Below, piece by piece: positions 1 through 9,376 of a DNA stretch of 21,889 nucleotides (its first letter is position 1; each line of letters begins with the position of its first letter). The translations under genes and the position numbers were made by a program. The stretch is from positions 1 to 21,889 of the forward strand of contig CAYPLO010000028.1 in assembly GCA_964411615.1 (NCBI GenBank). Direction: 5' to 3'. The DNA is from an uncultured Aquificales bacterium (lineage in GTDB: Bacteria > Thermosulfidibacterota > Thermosulfidibacteria > Thermosulfidibacterales > Thermosulfidibacteraceae). Below the pieces are notes generated by a model. It ran no database searches. It saw only the letters and a program-made list of their open reading frames with translations, and had not been told where the DNA came from.

Positions 1-724
1 GCCCCAGAACCGCAAATCCCCTCTCCCCCCTGATGTCCCCGTCGGTGAAGAGGATGGCCTGCTCAAGGAACATCTCCGCATCCCTCAAAGACCCCCCAGA
101 TGCCTCCGCAATAACCTCAAGGGCCTCATCCTCGTAGGATACCCCCTCCTTCTCGCATATCCTCTTCAGAATCTCCACCGCCTCGGCCATGGTCAGGGGC
201 TTGAAGTCAAACCTCACACACCTGGAGAGTATGGTCTGGGGAATCTTCTGGGGGTCGGTGGTGGCAAAGATAAATACCACCCCTGGCGGTGGCTCCTCCA
301 ATGTCTTTAGAAGGGCGTTGAAGGCGGCATCGGTGAGCATGTGGACCTCATCCACTATGTAGACCTTGAACCTGCCCTTTACACTGGCGTAGCGAACCCG
401 CTCCCTCAGCTCCCTTATCTCATCAATGCCCCTGTTGGAGGCGGCGTCCATCTCCACAACATCAACGAAGCTCCCCTTCTCTATGGCAACACAGGCCTCA
501 CAGGCGCAGCAGGGTTCAGGTGTGGGTCCCTTCTGGCAGTTGAGGGCCTTTGCGAATATCCTGGCCATGGAGGTCTTTCCAACCCCCCTGGGACCGGCGA
601 AGAGGTAGGCGTGCAGAATCTTCCCCTTCTCTATGGCCCTTCTTAGCGTCTCAACCACATGCCTCTGCCCCACCACCTCATCAAAGGTGCGGGGACGCCA
701 TCGCCTGGCTATCACCTGGTACAT
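1..724 (-). CDS. dnaX: DNA polymerase III subunit gamma/tau (N-terminal part, runs off window start)
   Basis: Not in the ORF track; translated by hand from ATG at 724: MYQVIARRWRPRTFDEVVGQ..HAYLFAGPRGVGKTS (Walker A), Cys cluster C..PCCACEAC, EMDAASNRGID, YIVDEVHML..AFNALLKTLEEPP, LSRC and GSLRDA motifs. Confidence 0.97.
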   Translation of the reverse strand, partial: MYQVIARRWRPRTFDEVVGQRHVVETLRRAIEKGKILHAYLFAGPRGVGKTSMARIFAKALNCQKGPTPEPCCACEACVAIEKGSFVDVVEMDAASNRGIDEIRELRERVRYASVKGRFKVYIVDEVHMLTDAAFNALLKTLEEPPPGVVFIFATTDPQKIPQTILSRCVRFDFKPLTMAEAVEILKRICEKEGVSYEDEALEVIAEASGGSLRDAEMFLEQAILFTDGDIRGERGFAVLG

Positions 725-1512
725 CTTCTAACACACCCCTCCAGGGCCTTGAGGTTCTCCTCAATGAAGTCAACAAAGCCCCTCTCAGTGCCCCTGCCCA
801 ATGGATACATGGTGGCCACACACGCCCCTGCTCTTTTTGCCACCGTCTCCGCCAGTTTGAAGCTGTGGCCCCACTCCCTCACCACCACCCGGCACATCCT
901 CTTTCTGAGGGAGTCAATCAGCATCATGAGCCTCCTCGGTCCCGGCTCCCTGTGGGGAGAAGGCTCCAAGGCACCTAAGTAGTCCACATTCAACTCTCTG
1001 AAGAGATAGACCCAGGCCCCGTGCTGGGAGACCACAGCGGCACCGGCGAGCCTCCTCATGTAGAGCCGCCTGAGTCTTCTAAGCTTCAAAGCTAAAGTCC
1101 TGGCCCTGCTTCTGAAGTATCCGCTGTGGGACGGGTCAATTCGGGAGAGGGCCTCCGCCAAGGAGGGAAGCCTTCTGGCCACCTCCTCCAAGGATATCCA
1201 CAGGTGGGGATTGGTGCCCTCAGGCCCCTCACAGAGCCTCCACACCCTCACCCCTTTTGGTAGCCTAAGACCAGACTCTGCACCACAGCCAGCCAGAACA
1301 ACCAGCCGGGCGCCAACAACCTTCTTCACATCCGAGGGCCTCATCTCCCAGAGATGGATTGAGACCCCTACAGGCACAAGCTCATCAACCTCAACATATT
1401 CTCCGCCCACATCCTCAACCAACAGCTTGAGGGGATGGATAGATGCAACAACCCTGACAGGGGCCGCATGGGAGAAGCCAAAGGCAAGCAGAAGGAGAAC
1501 AACCAAAAGCAT
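712..1512 (-). CDS. Metal ABC transporter substrate-binding protein (ZnuA/TroA, cluster A-I)
   Basis: Signal peptide, VVASIHPL start of mature domain, three His ligands in SIHLWE, NPHLW and SQHGAW, EPGPRRL motif. Confidence 0.85.
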   Translation of the reverse strand: MLLVVLLLLAFGFSHAAPVRVVASIHPLKLLVEDVGGEYVEVDELVPVGVSIHLWEMRPSDVKKVVGARLVVLAGCGAESGLRLPKGVRVWRLCEGPEGTNPHLWISLEEVARRLPSLAEALSRIDPSHSGYFRSRARTLALKLRRLRRLYMRRLAGAAVVSQHGAWVYLFRELNVDYLGALEPSPHREPGPRRLMMLIDSLRKRMCRVVVREWGHSFKLAETVAKRAGACVATMYPLGRGTERGFVDFIEENLKALEGCVRRCTR

Positions 1513-1513
1513 A

Positions 1514-1891
1514 TCAGCCCTTCTCCACCAGTCTTCTGATTCCCTCCAAGGATTCAGGGCTTAGGTAGTGCTCCATGAGACACGCATCCCTCTCCGCCAC
1601 ATCGGGAGGCACACCCAGCACATCCCTGAAGAACTTCAACAGCACCTCGTGCCTGGAGTAGACCCTCCTGGCCACCGATAGGCCCTCAGGGGTGAGCTCC
1701 ACAAATCCGTACTTCTCCTGCTCTATGAGCCCCTGCTCCTTGAGCTTCTTAAGAGCAGCAACGACACTGGGCTTTTTGACCCCTAACCTGTGGGCTATAT
1801 CCGTCACCCTCACAACGCGGTTGTTGCGGGAGAGAATATATATGGCCTCAAGGTAGTCCTCAAGGGCCTTTCCAAGCTCTCTGCTACTCAA
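1514..1891 (-). CDS. DtxR/MntR family metal-dependent transcriptional regulator (no C-terminal SH3-like domain)
   Basis: LEDYLEAIY, HTH VRVTDIAHRLGVKKPSV, LTPEG, RH..L..FF...LGV, ACLMEH metal-site motif; 125 aa. Confidence 0.92.
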   Translation of the reverse strand: MSSRELGKALEDYLEAIYILSRNNRVVRVTDIAHRLGVKKPSVVAALKKLKEQGLIEQEKYGFVELTPEGLSVARRVYSRHEVLLKFFRDVLGVPPDVAERDACLMEHYLSPESLEGIRRLVEKG

Positions 1892-3092
1892 CCTTCTTAA
1901 CCCCTCTCACCACCGCCTCCAGCCCTTTAAGCTCCTTTATATCCTCCGACCCCAGCTTTGCAAACTTCCTCAGGTGAGGGGCAAACCTCCCCTCCCAGGA
2001 ACCCACCAGATTATTGTAGCTCTCCACCGCCTTTCCTATGGCCCCTCCCAGCCTCTCCATCCTGTCCACCAGGACGGAGGACCTTGAGGCCAGCTCCTTG
2101 GCCAGCCCTATAAGCTCCCTCACCTGCCGGGTGAGCTCAAACTCCCTCCAGGTAAGGGCCACAACCCTCAGAAGGGCCACCAAGAGGGTGGGGGTGGCCA
2201 CAATCACCCCTTTTCTAATCCCGTCCTCCAGAAGCTCCCTGTCGGCCTCAAGGGCTGCGGCAAGCACAGCCTCCGAAGGGACGAACATGACCACAAAGTC
2301 CACAGAATCGCCCAAGGCCTGCCAGTACTGCTTCTCAGAGAGTTTCCTTAGGTGCTCCCTCAGGGCCCGTGAATGCCTCTTAAGAAGCTCGGCCCTCCTC
2401 TCCCCATCCTCACACTCCAAGGCGTCCATGTAGCTGTCTATGGGGACCTTAGCGTCCACCACTATTCTCCTGTTTCCGGGAAGCCTTATCACCATGTCCG
2501 GCCTCAAAGAGCCCTCCTTTATCCTCACCTGCTCCTCAAAATCGCAGTACTCCGAAAGCCCTGCCACCTCCACGGCATTACGTAAGGTGAGCTCCCCCCA
2601 CCTGCCCCTGACGGAGGGACGCCTCAGCGCCGTGTAGAGCCTCTCAGTCTGCTGCCTCAGTGCTTCACTCTTGTCCGACAACTCCCTCACCTGCGTCAGA
2701 AGCTCCCTGTAGGCCCCCTCCCTGGCCTTCTCCAGCTCCCCTATCCTCTCCTCAAGCCTCACCAGTGCGTCTTTAACAGGGGCAACAACCCCCTCAATGC
2801 TCTTGCTCTTTTCCGCAAACTCCCCCTTTGCCTGCTCAACAACCGCCGAAAGCGTCTGCCTTGAGAAGGCCATAAGCTGCTCTATGCTCTCCTTCAGCAC
2901 CTGTGATGAGACGCCCCTCATGAGCTCGTCCAGCTTAGCCTCAACGGACTCCGCCTCCCTCAGCCTCTCCTCGCACCTGATTCTGGACTCCCTCTCCCTG
3001 GAAAGCCTTGACTGCATGACTCCCCAGACGAGCCCTCCGCCTGCGGCAACGCCTGCCACAAAGGAAGCCGCCACCCACACAGGCTCCATCAC
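1884..3092 (-). CDS. rmuC: DNA recombination protein RmuC
   Basis: N-terminal TM helix, coiled coil, RGRWGELTL, LRPDMVIRLP..IVVDAKVP nuclease-like motif, DFVVMFVPSE, ATPTLLVALL. Confidence 0.93.
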   Translation of the reverse strand: MMEPVWVAASFVAGVAAGGGLVWGVMQSRLSRERESRIRCEERLREAESVEAKLDELMRGVSSQVLKESIEQLMAFSRQTLSAVVEQAKGEFAEKSKSIEGVVAPVKDALVRLEERIGELEKAREGAYRELLTQVRELSDKSEALRQQTERLYTALRRPSVRGRWGELTLRNAVEVAGLSEYCDFEEQVRIKEGSLRPDMVIRLPGNRRIVVDAKVPIDSYMDALECEDGERRAELLKRHSRALREHLRKLSEKQYWQALGDSVDFVVMFVPSEAVLAAALEADRELLEDGIRKGVIVATPTLLVALLRVVALTWREFELTRQVRELIGLAKELASRSSVLVDRMERLGGAIGKAVESYNNLVGSWEGRFAPHLRKFAKLGSEDIKELKGLEAVVRGVKKVE

Positions 3093-4309
3093 ATGCCCCC
3101 TATCTTTCCTATGAGCTGGTAGATGGGGAACAGGAGTGAAATCATTATCAGGGCGAACAGTCCCCCCACCACCGTCAAAACTATAGGCTCTATCATCTTA
3201 CCCAGCTTCTCCGTTATGTCTCTCAACTTCTCGTAGTAGGTGTCCGCCGCAAAGCCCATCTGCTCTTCCAAGGTACCGCTCTCCTCCCCCGACTTGAGCA
3301 TCCTTATGAAGAACCTGGGGAAGACCCTGTGCTCAGAGAAGGCGGAGGAGATGGCGCTTCCCAGAACCACCTTCTCCCTCGCAAGGGTAAGGGCCCTCCT
3401 GAAGACCCTGTTTCCCACCCCATCCGCCACAAGCTCTAAGGCCCTGTCTATGTTGGCACCGGACCCCACAAGCAGCCTCAGGTAATCGGCGATGAAGGCA
3501 AGGGTGAAGTAGCTCAGAACACGCCCCACAATGGGAATCTTAAGGAGAAGGGAGTCAACGTAATAGGCCACCTTTTCACTCCTTCTCCTCAGCAGAACCA
3601 GGGCAACCACCAAAAGAGCAACACCTGCCGCCATATAAAGGATGTTCTCCTGGACGAAGCGGCTCGCCTCTATGACGAACAGGGTAAGGGCAGGAAGGGC
3701 CACATTCATACCCTTGAAGAGCTGAACCATCTTGGGAAGCACATAGACAAGCCAGAAGACCAGAGCGCCCAGGGTGGATACAAGGACGAAGGTGGGATAC
3801 ATAAGGGCCCTCTTTATCCCGCTCTTCAGCTCCTGAACCCTCCCCAGGTGGGCCGCTATGTCCCTGAAGGCCTCGTCCAGATTACCGGTCTCCTCCCCAA
3901 TCTTCACCACCCTGGGAAAGACATCGGGAAAGACCTTCGGGAAGGCGGCCAGGGCATCGGAGAGTCTGTCCCCCGAACGAACCCTCTCAGCCACCCTTAT
4001 CAAAGTATTTCTCAAGGCCCTGCTGCTTGCCATCTCAGAAAAGTCCTCAAGGGCGTATACCACAGAGACACCTGCCCTGAGCATAACGGACATGCTCTTG
4101 GCAAAATCTATGAGCTCCTCATCCTTTACCCTGCCCTCGGTGAGCCTGGCCAGAACTTCCCTGGCCCTCAGCGCCCAGGAGGGAACCTGATAGTAGGAGA
4201 TGAGCAGAGGGTCCCTCTGCCTCAGCAGGGGTATGAAATCCTCCTCCCCAACCAACATCCACCGGGTTCTTCCGTCCGAGAAGAGCAACTTGCAGATGTA
4301 GGTGGCCAT
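3089..4309 (-). CDS. Type IV filament/T2SS inner-membrane platform protein (GspF/PilC/MshG family)
   Basis: Two T2SSF domains (GEETGNLD, GEESGTLE), ALMYP, MIEP, LLFPIY, three predicted TM segments. Confidence 0.93.
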   Translation of the reverse strand: MATYICKLLFSDGRTRWMLVGEEDFIPLLRQRDPLLISYYQVPSWALRAREVLARLTEGRVKDEELIDFAKSMSVMLRAGVSVVYALEDFSEMASSRALRNTLIRVAERVRSGDRLSDALAAFPKVFPDVFPRVVKIGEETGNLDEAFRDIAAHLGRVQELKSGIKRALMYPTFVLVSTLGALVFWLVYVLPKMVQLFKGMNVALPALTLFVIEASRFVQENILYMAAGVALLVVALVLLRRRSEKVAYYVDSLLLKIPIVGRVLSYFTLAFIADYLRLLVGSGANIDRALELVADGVGNRVFRRALTLAREKVVLGSAISSAFSEHRVFPRFFIRMLKSGEESGTLEEQMGFAADTYYEKLRDITEKLGKMIEPIVLTVVGGLFALIMISLLFPIYQLIGKIGGM

Positions 4310-4312
4310 GGA

Positions 4313-5956
4313 CTAACCCACCACCCTCTGAACCTCCTGGAGGGTGGTTATACCCTCCAGCGCCTTCCTTATCCCATCCTCCCTGAGGGGCACCATCCCC
4401 TTCTCCATGGCGACCCTCTTTATATTCAGCAGGCTCTCGTTCTCGGAAATCATGTGGGCTATATCCTCATCCACCACCATAATCTCACTGATAACGGTCC
4501 TGCCCAGATACCCTGTGTAGTGGCAGGCCTCACATCCCCTCCCCCTTGAGAGCACAGCCCCCTCAGGTATCCCGAACTCCTCCACCTCTTGAGGCGTCGC
4601 CTCGTACTCCTCCCTGCAGTACTCGCAGACCCTCCTCACAAGCCTCTGGGATATGGCGGCTGCAAGGGCATACCCCAAAAGGAACCTATCCACGTTGAAA
4701 TCCACAAGCCTCGGTATGGTGGACACGGCGTCGTTGGTGTGCAGGGTGGTGAGGACCAGATGCCCGGTTATGGATGCCCTTAAAGCGATGCTTGCGGTCT
4801 CCTCGTCCCTCACCTCTCCTATCAGTATCACGTCCGGGTCCTGACGCATAAAGTGCCTGCTGGCCAGGGCAAAGGTGTATCCCGCCCTCTCGTTCACCTG
4901 GGTCTGCTTCACAAAGGCGAACCTGTACTCAACGGGGTCCTCAACGGTGAGCACGTTCCTCTCCAGTAGGTTTATCTCCCTGATGGCAGAGTATAAGGTT
5001 GTGGTCTTTCCACTTCCCGTTGGACCGCACACAACCACTATGCCGTAGGGCTTCAGAAAGAGGCGCCTCAGCAGGTCAACCTGCTCCCTCCAGAAGCCGA
5101 GCCTTCCAAGCTCCAAGAGGCTGGTGCTCTTTGTGAGCACCCTTATAACCACGTTCTCCCCGTATATGGTGGGGACGGTGGAGACCCTCATGTCGTAACT
5201 TCTGCCGATGAAATCGTAGGAGAAGGCCCCATCCTGTGGCAACCTCTGCTCGGCGATATCCATACCGCTCATAATCTTTATCCTTGAGACCAGGGCGTTC
5301 TGTATGTTCTTGGGAAGGGCATAGGCGAACCTCAGAACCCCATCAACCCTGTAAAAGACTGTGACCACATCCTCGTAGGGCGTTATGTGTATGTCCGTGC
5401 CCCTAACCCTGATGCACTCCTCCACCAGTAGGTCCACAAGCCTACTCACCCTGGTGAGGTCCGGTGATGTGCTTCTTTTGAACTCCTCAATGGAGGCCAC
5501 AATCTCCCTGTCAACGGGGTTCTCCAAGAAGTAGTAGGTCTTCTCCAAGGTCTCGCTGAAGGTCTCAACGTCAACGAGCTTCGGTTTTACGGTCCTTCCC
5601 GTAAGCCTGCGGGCAACATCCATGCCCTTAACATTGGCAGGGTCAACCACCCCCAGAACCAGGGTGCTTCCCTCAACGTATATGGGGATAATCCCGTACT
5701 CCTCCGCCACCCTCCTGGGTATGAGCTTCAGGGCCTCCTCGGTGGGTGGATAGAGGGCCAGGTCCACATACTCCATACCCCACTGCTCGGCGAGGACCTC
5801 GCCTATGGTCTTGGAGGTCACAAAGCCAAGCCTTACCAGGGTCTCCCCTATCCTCCGACCGGTTATCTTCTGAACCGCAAGGGCAACATCCAGATGCCTC
5901 TTGGTTATGTAGCCCTTCTCCAGCAGGAGGTCTCCCAGCCTCTTCCTCTCCTTCAT
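4313..5956 (-). CDS. Type IV filament assembly ATPase (GspE/PilB/MshE) with N-terminal MshEN domain
   Basis: Walker A GPTGSGKTTT, TVEDPVEY, RQDPDVILIGEVRD, TGHLVLTTLHTND, tetracysteine CEYC..CEAC, tandem RLG motifs at the N-terminus. Confidence 0.95.
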   Translation of the reverse strand: MKERKRLGDLLLEKGYITKRHLDVALAVQKITGRRIGETLVRLGFVTSKTIGEVLAEQWGMEYVDLALYPPTEEALKLIPRRVAEEYGIIPIYVEGSTLVLGVVDPANVKGMDVARRLTGRTVKPKLVDVETFSETLEKTYYFLENPVDREIVASIEEFKRSTSPDLTRVSRLVDLLVEECIRVRGTDIHITPYEDVVTVFYRVDGVLRFAYALPKNIQNALVSRIKIMSGMDIAEQRLPQDGAFSYDFIGRSYDMRVSTVPTIYGENVVIRVLTKSTSLLELGRLGFWREQVDLLRRLFLKPYGIVVVCGPTGSGKTTTLYSAIREINLLERNVLTVEDPVEYRFAFVKQTQVNERAGYTFALASRHFMRQDPDVILIGEVRDEETASIALRASITGHLVLTTLHTNDAVSTIPRLVDFNVDRFLLGYALAAAISQRLVRRVCEYCREEYEATPQEVEEFGIPEGAVLSRGRGCEACHYTGYLGRTVISEIMVVDEDIAHMISENESLLNIKRVAMEKGMVPLREDGIRKALEGITTLQEVQRVVG

Positions 5957-6948
5957 CTCTCAAGAACCCTCCTTAGCAGCTCCGCCTCGGGGCCTGCCTT
6001 GTCCTCAAGCAAGGAGTAGGCCCTCTCAAGAAGGGGATAGGCCGCTGCCACATCACCGTCCTCGTAAAGCAGAACCCCCGCGTAGAGGTAGAACCTGTAC
6101 TCTTTCGGGTAAAGCTCCATCCCCCTCTTAAAGACCTCAAGGGCCTCATCCCTGCGGCCCATCCTCTCAAGGCATATCCCCTCATTTATAAGTGCCACCC
6201 TGTTGACGGGGTCCACCTTGAGAACCCTCTTCAGAAGCTCAAGGGCCTTACTGTAAAGCCCCCTCTCCATGTAGACCACAGCCAGGTTGTTCATGGCATC
6301 CACATCCCTTGGATACCTCTCAAGGAGCCTGGAGAAACAGCCGATGGCATCACTCTCCCTGCCGAGCCTGTAGTAGATTATCCCCAGGTTCAGGAGGGCC
6401 TTCCGGTTGTAAGGGGAGAGCCTCAGAACCCTCCTGTAAAGGGAGACCGCCTCTCCAAACCTCCCCTCTTTAAAGGCCTTTGTTGCCCTCTCAAGGAGCT
6501 CAAGAACCTTAAGGGAACGGCCATCCGCTACCAGGCTCGTCCCATTCCCCCCAGCCCTCTCACGAACCTTAACCACCCTGGAGGAGGGCTTTTTCCTCTT
6601 AGCCACCTTTTCAGCCGGCTGGACCTTAGACTTAACGGCACTCACAGGCTTCTTCACAGGCGAGATAACCCTCACCTTGGTTCCGTTGTCCGTTCTGTTG
6701 GAGGATGTGCCGTTAGATGGCGTGCCGCCGGAGCGGGCAACAGGGGTAATGGCATTAGCAGGGGTGTGCTTTCTAACAGGAACGGGCCTGGGATGTCTGG
6801 AACTGAACAACCTCTTCTGTATAGCGTATCCCACAACCACACCCACCGCCAGAAAGACAAAGGCAAGAAATATCCTTAAGACCCTGCCTTTGCCGGCACT
6901 TTCAGCAGTTCCCCCCACTCTTGACAGAAACCTGTGAGCCAGCGACAT
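5953..6948 (-). CDS. Membrane-anchored TPR protein (MshN-like by position)
   Basis: N-terminal TM helix, low-complexity Pro/Lys/Ser linker, about five TPR repeats (e.g. ALLNLGIIYYRLG, AMNNLAVVYMERG); strong GGAGGAG RBS; lies between the ExeA-like and PilB-like ATPases. Confidence 0.8.
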   Translation of the reverse strand: MSLAHRFLSRVGGTAESAGKGRVLRIFLAFVFLAVGVVVGYAIQKRLFSSRHPRPVPVRKHTPANAITPVARSGGTPSNGTSSNRTDNGTKVRVISPVKKPVSAVKSKVQPAEKVAKRKKPSSRVVKVRERAGGNGTSLVADGRSLKVLELLERATKAFKEGRFGEAVSLYRRVLRLSPYNRKALLNLGIIYYRLGRESDAIGCFSRLLERYPRDVDAMNNLAVVYMERGLYSKALELLKRVLKVDPVNRVALINEGICLERMGRRDEALEVFKRGMELYPKEYRFYLYAGVLLYEDGDVAAAYPLLERAYSLLEDKAGPEAELLRRVLER

Positions 6949-6959
6949 CTCCTCCCCCG

Positions 6960-7772
6960 CTATACGTCTGGAGGCAGGTCCCTTATGGCCTCCTTCACCT
7001 CCCCTCTGCCCACCCTTCTTTTGCCCTTAGACAGTGCGGCGAGGAGCGCCCTCTCCGCAAGTATATTAACCTTCCTGGGGTTTCCCCTTGTCCTCTTCCA
7101 CACAAGCCTCAATGCCCACCTTGAGAAGGGAAAGTCCCCGGAGTAGCCCGCCTTCCTGAGCCTGTAGTCTATGTATCCAGAAAGCTCCTCCTTCGTCAGG
7201 CCCCTAAGGATGTAATGGTACGGAGCCCTCTGGGATAGGGGCTCAAGCTCCTCCGTCTCAAAGAGACGCCTTAGCTTCATGGTCCCCGCACATACCACAA
7301 AGAGCCTGCCGGCAGAGCCTCCATCATTACCCATATCAAGTAGGTGCTTCACCATGAGGAACCCTTCGGTCCCGAGGTCCTGGGCCTCATCTATCAGAAG
7401 AACACAGTCCCCCGCCTCAAGCCTCCCCTTCAGGAGACGGGAGATGGTATCGGCGTCAAGGTCATCGGGGACATCCCCCAGCAGAGACCTCAACAGCCCC
7501 CTCACCCCCATCACGGGATGGTAGGAGACGTACACGGGGCTAATCCCCCTCTCCTCCTCCATCCTGAGCTGCACATACCTCAGCAGCATGGTCTTACCCA
7601 TGCCGGGCTCACCGTATATCCTCACCATGGGGACCCCGTTATCGTAGGCAAAGACAACGGTGTCCACCGCCTCCACATGGGACCTCATGAGGTAGAACAT
7701 ACTCACATCGGGGGTGAGGGAGAAGGGACTCTTCTTGAGATTAAGAACCTCATAATACCTGGCTACAATCAT
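6960..7772 (-). CDS. ExeA/MshM-like AAA ATPase
   Basis: LKKSPFSLTPD N-terminus, Walker A GEPGMGKT, Walker B LLIDEAQ, YIDYRLRKAG, GNPRKVNILAERALL; no C-terminal peptidoglycan-binding domain. Confidence 0.9.
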   Translation of the reverse strand: MIVARYYEVLNLKKSPFSLTPDVSMFYLMRSHVEAVDTVVFAYDNGVPMVRIYGEPGMGKTMLLRYVQLRMEEERGISPVYVSYHPVMGVRGLLRSLLGDVPDDLDADTISRLLKGRLEAGDCVLLIDEAQDLGTEGFLMVKHLLDMGNDGGSAGRLFVVCAGTMKLRRLFETEELEPLSQRAPYHYILRGLTKEELSGYIDYRLRKAGYSGDFPFSRWALRLVWKRTRGNPRKVNILAERALLAALSKGKRRVGRGEVKEAIRDLPPDV

Positions 7773-9376
7773 CTCCCTACCACATCCACCCTGCCCCCCG
7801 AAAGGGCAGCCCCCACAGACCTGACGGGCTGAGGATTGTAAATCACATGGGGGGTTATGAAGATGAATAGCTCCGTCCTCACCCTCTCCCTCTCCTTCCG
7901 GGAGAAGAGGTACCCCAGCCCCGGAATATCCCCGAGAACAGGGGTTCTGTAGTCCTGGGACTTGTAGCTGGTCTTTATAAGACCACCTATCACAAGGGTA
8001 TCGCCGTCCTTCACCTTCACCACCGTATCCATCTCCCTAACGGAGAACTCGGGCTCCTCCACTGGAACATCTCCACACTCGCTCCTGAAGGTCCTCACAT
8101 CCCTCAACTCCGTAACATTGGGGTGGACGTAGAGGGTCACAATCCCCTCCTCATCAACATAGGGCACCAAAGAGAGGGAGACCCCAACGAAGTAGGTCTC
8201 CGTATCCACATCGCAGCCTATGGTGTTGGTTTCGGTGTTCGTGGTGGAGGAGACATCGGTCACAAAGTGGAGGTCCTCCCCCACCTTTATGACGGCCCCC
8301 TGGTTGTTCACCACAGCTATCCTGGGGGCGGACAGCACCCTCACCCTGCCGTACTTCTTGAGTGCCCTCACCGCCAGATTGAAGGGGTCCCTCGCCTCAG
8401 GCCTGGCAGAGATACCCATACTGAAAAACCCCGGTATGGGGGACATCTCTCCAACCGGTGTGGATACCTGACCGAAGCTCACAGAGTACTTGCTCTTGAA
8501 GACATTGTTAAACACCTTGCTCCAGTCAACCCCCAGCTGCAACCCGCGGCTCAGCTCAACCTCCGCTATCCTCACATCCATAACCACCTGCTTCTCCAGG
8601 GAAGAAGCTACGGACTTCAGATACCTCCTGACCCTCTCAAGCTCCACCTTCTGGGCTGTGACAATCACATGGCCCGTGCTCCTGTTTATGGCCACGAACT
8701 TCTCGCCGTTGGAGCACAGCTCAACAACCCCACCCCCCGGTCCACCCCCCTTGCACGAGAGGCCTATAAGGACACAGAGGTTGCATCCTATATCCGTCCA
8801 CAGGTTGAAGGAGCTGGCCACGGAAACATCGGTGGAGAGGGTTCCCCCGGTTGACTCCTCGCCCCCGGTGCTTCCCCCTGAAGAGATGCTGCTTGAAACC
8901 GTCATACGCCTCAGTATATTCACCACACCCAGCTTAAAGACTTCTGTATCTATCTGACTCTTGACCACCCATAGGGTATTGCCGTCTATAACGTAGGCAA
9001 AGCCCATGGACTTTGACAGGACATCAAGGGCCTGGGAGAAGGTGACATCCCTCAGCTCCACCGTAACAGGGGCATCCACAGGAACCCCTCTGCCCAGGAC
9101 GAGATTGTAGCCCCTCTCCCTGGAGAGGCTCCTGAGCACCTCCCCCAAGGGAGCCCCCCTGAGCACTAGGGAGAACCTCTTGCCCCCCCTCTCGGAGAGG
9201 GTGGAGAGGTCCGCCCTCATAACCGGCTTCTCAAGCCTCCTGAGGGAGAGTTTATGGCTCGGCACAGGTGGAAAGGAGCCCTTGACAGCCTCCCTGTGCG
9301 CAGAAGCGCAGGCCACAACCAGAACAAGCAGGAGAAGTTCAAAACTTCTTCTTATAAACCTTACCGTCCACCTCAA
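7769..9376 (-). CDS. Outer-membrane secretin, lipoprotein type (MshL/PilQ/GspD family)
   Basis: Lipobox-like VVAC, STN-like domain, Ser/Gly linker, QVVMDVRIAEV, LSAPRIAVVNNQGA, DGDTLVIGGLI, PVLGDIPGLGYLF, TELFIFITP. TTG start is uncertain. Confidence 0.93.
   Translation of the reverse strand: MRWTVRFIRRSFELLLLVLVVACASAHREAVKGSFPPVPSHKLSLRRLEKPVMRADLSTLSERGGKRFSLVLRGAPLGEVLRSLSRERGYNLVLGRGVPVDAPVTVELRDVTFSQALDVLSKSMGFAYVIDGNTLWVVKSQIDTEVFKLGVVNILRRMTVSSSISSGGSTGGEESTGGTLSTDVSVASSFNLWTDIGCNLCVLIGLSCKGGGPGGGVVELCSNGEKFVAINRSTGHVIVTAQKVELERVRRYLKSVASSLEKQVVMDVRIAEVELSRGLQLGVDWSKVFNNVFKSKYSVSFGQVSTPVGEMSPIPGFFSMGISARPEARDPFNLAVRALKKYGRVRVLSAPRIAVVNNQGAVIKVGEDLHFVTDVSSTTNTETNTIGCDVDTETYFVGVSLSLVPYVDEEGIVTLYVHPNVTELRDVRTFRSECGDVPVEEPEFSVREMDTVVKVKDGDTLVIGGLIKTSYKSQDYRTPVLGDIPGLGYLFSRKERERVRTELFIFITPHVIYNPQPVRSVGAALSGGRVDVVGR

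Noticed and set aside
1..724. dnaX programmed frameshift or slippage site
   Set aside because: Such sites lie further downstream in the gene, outside this window; none seen here.
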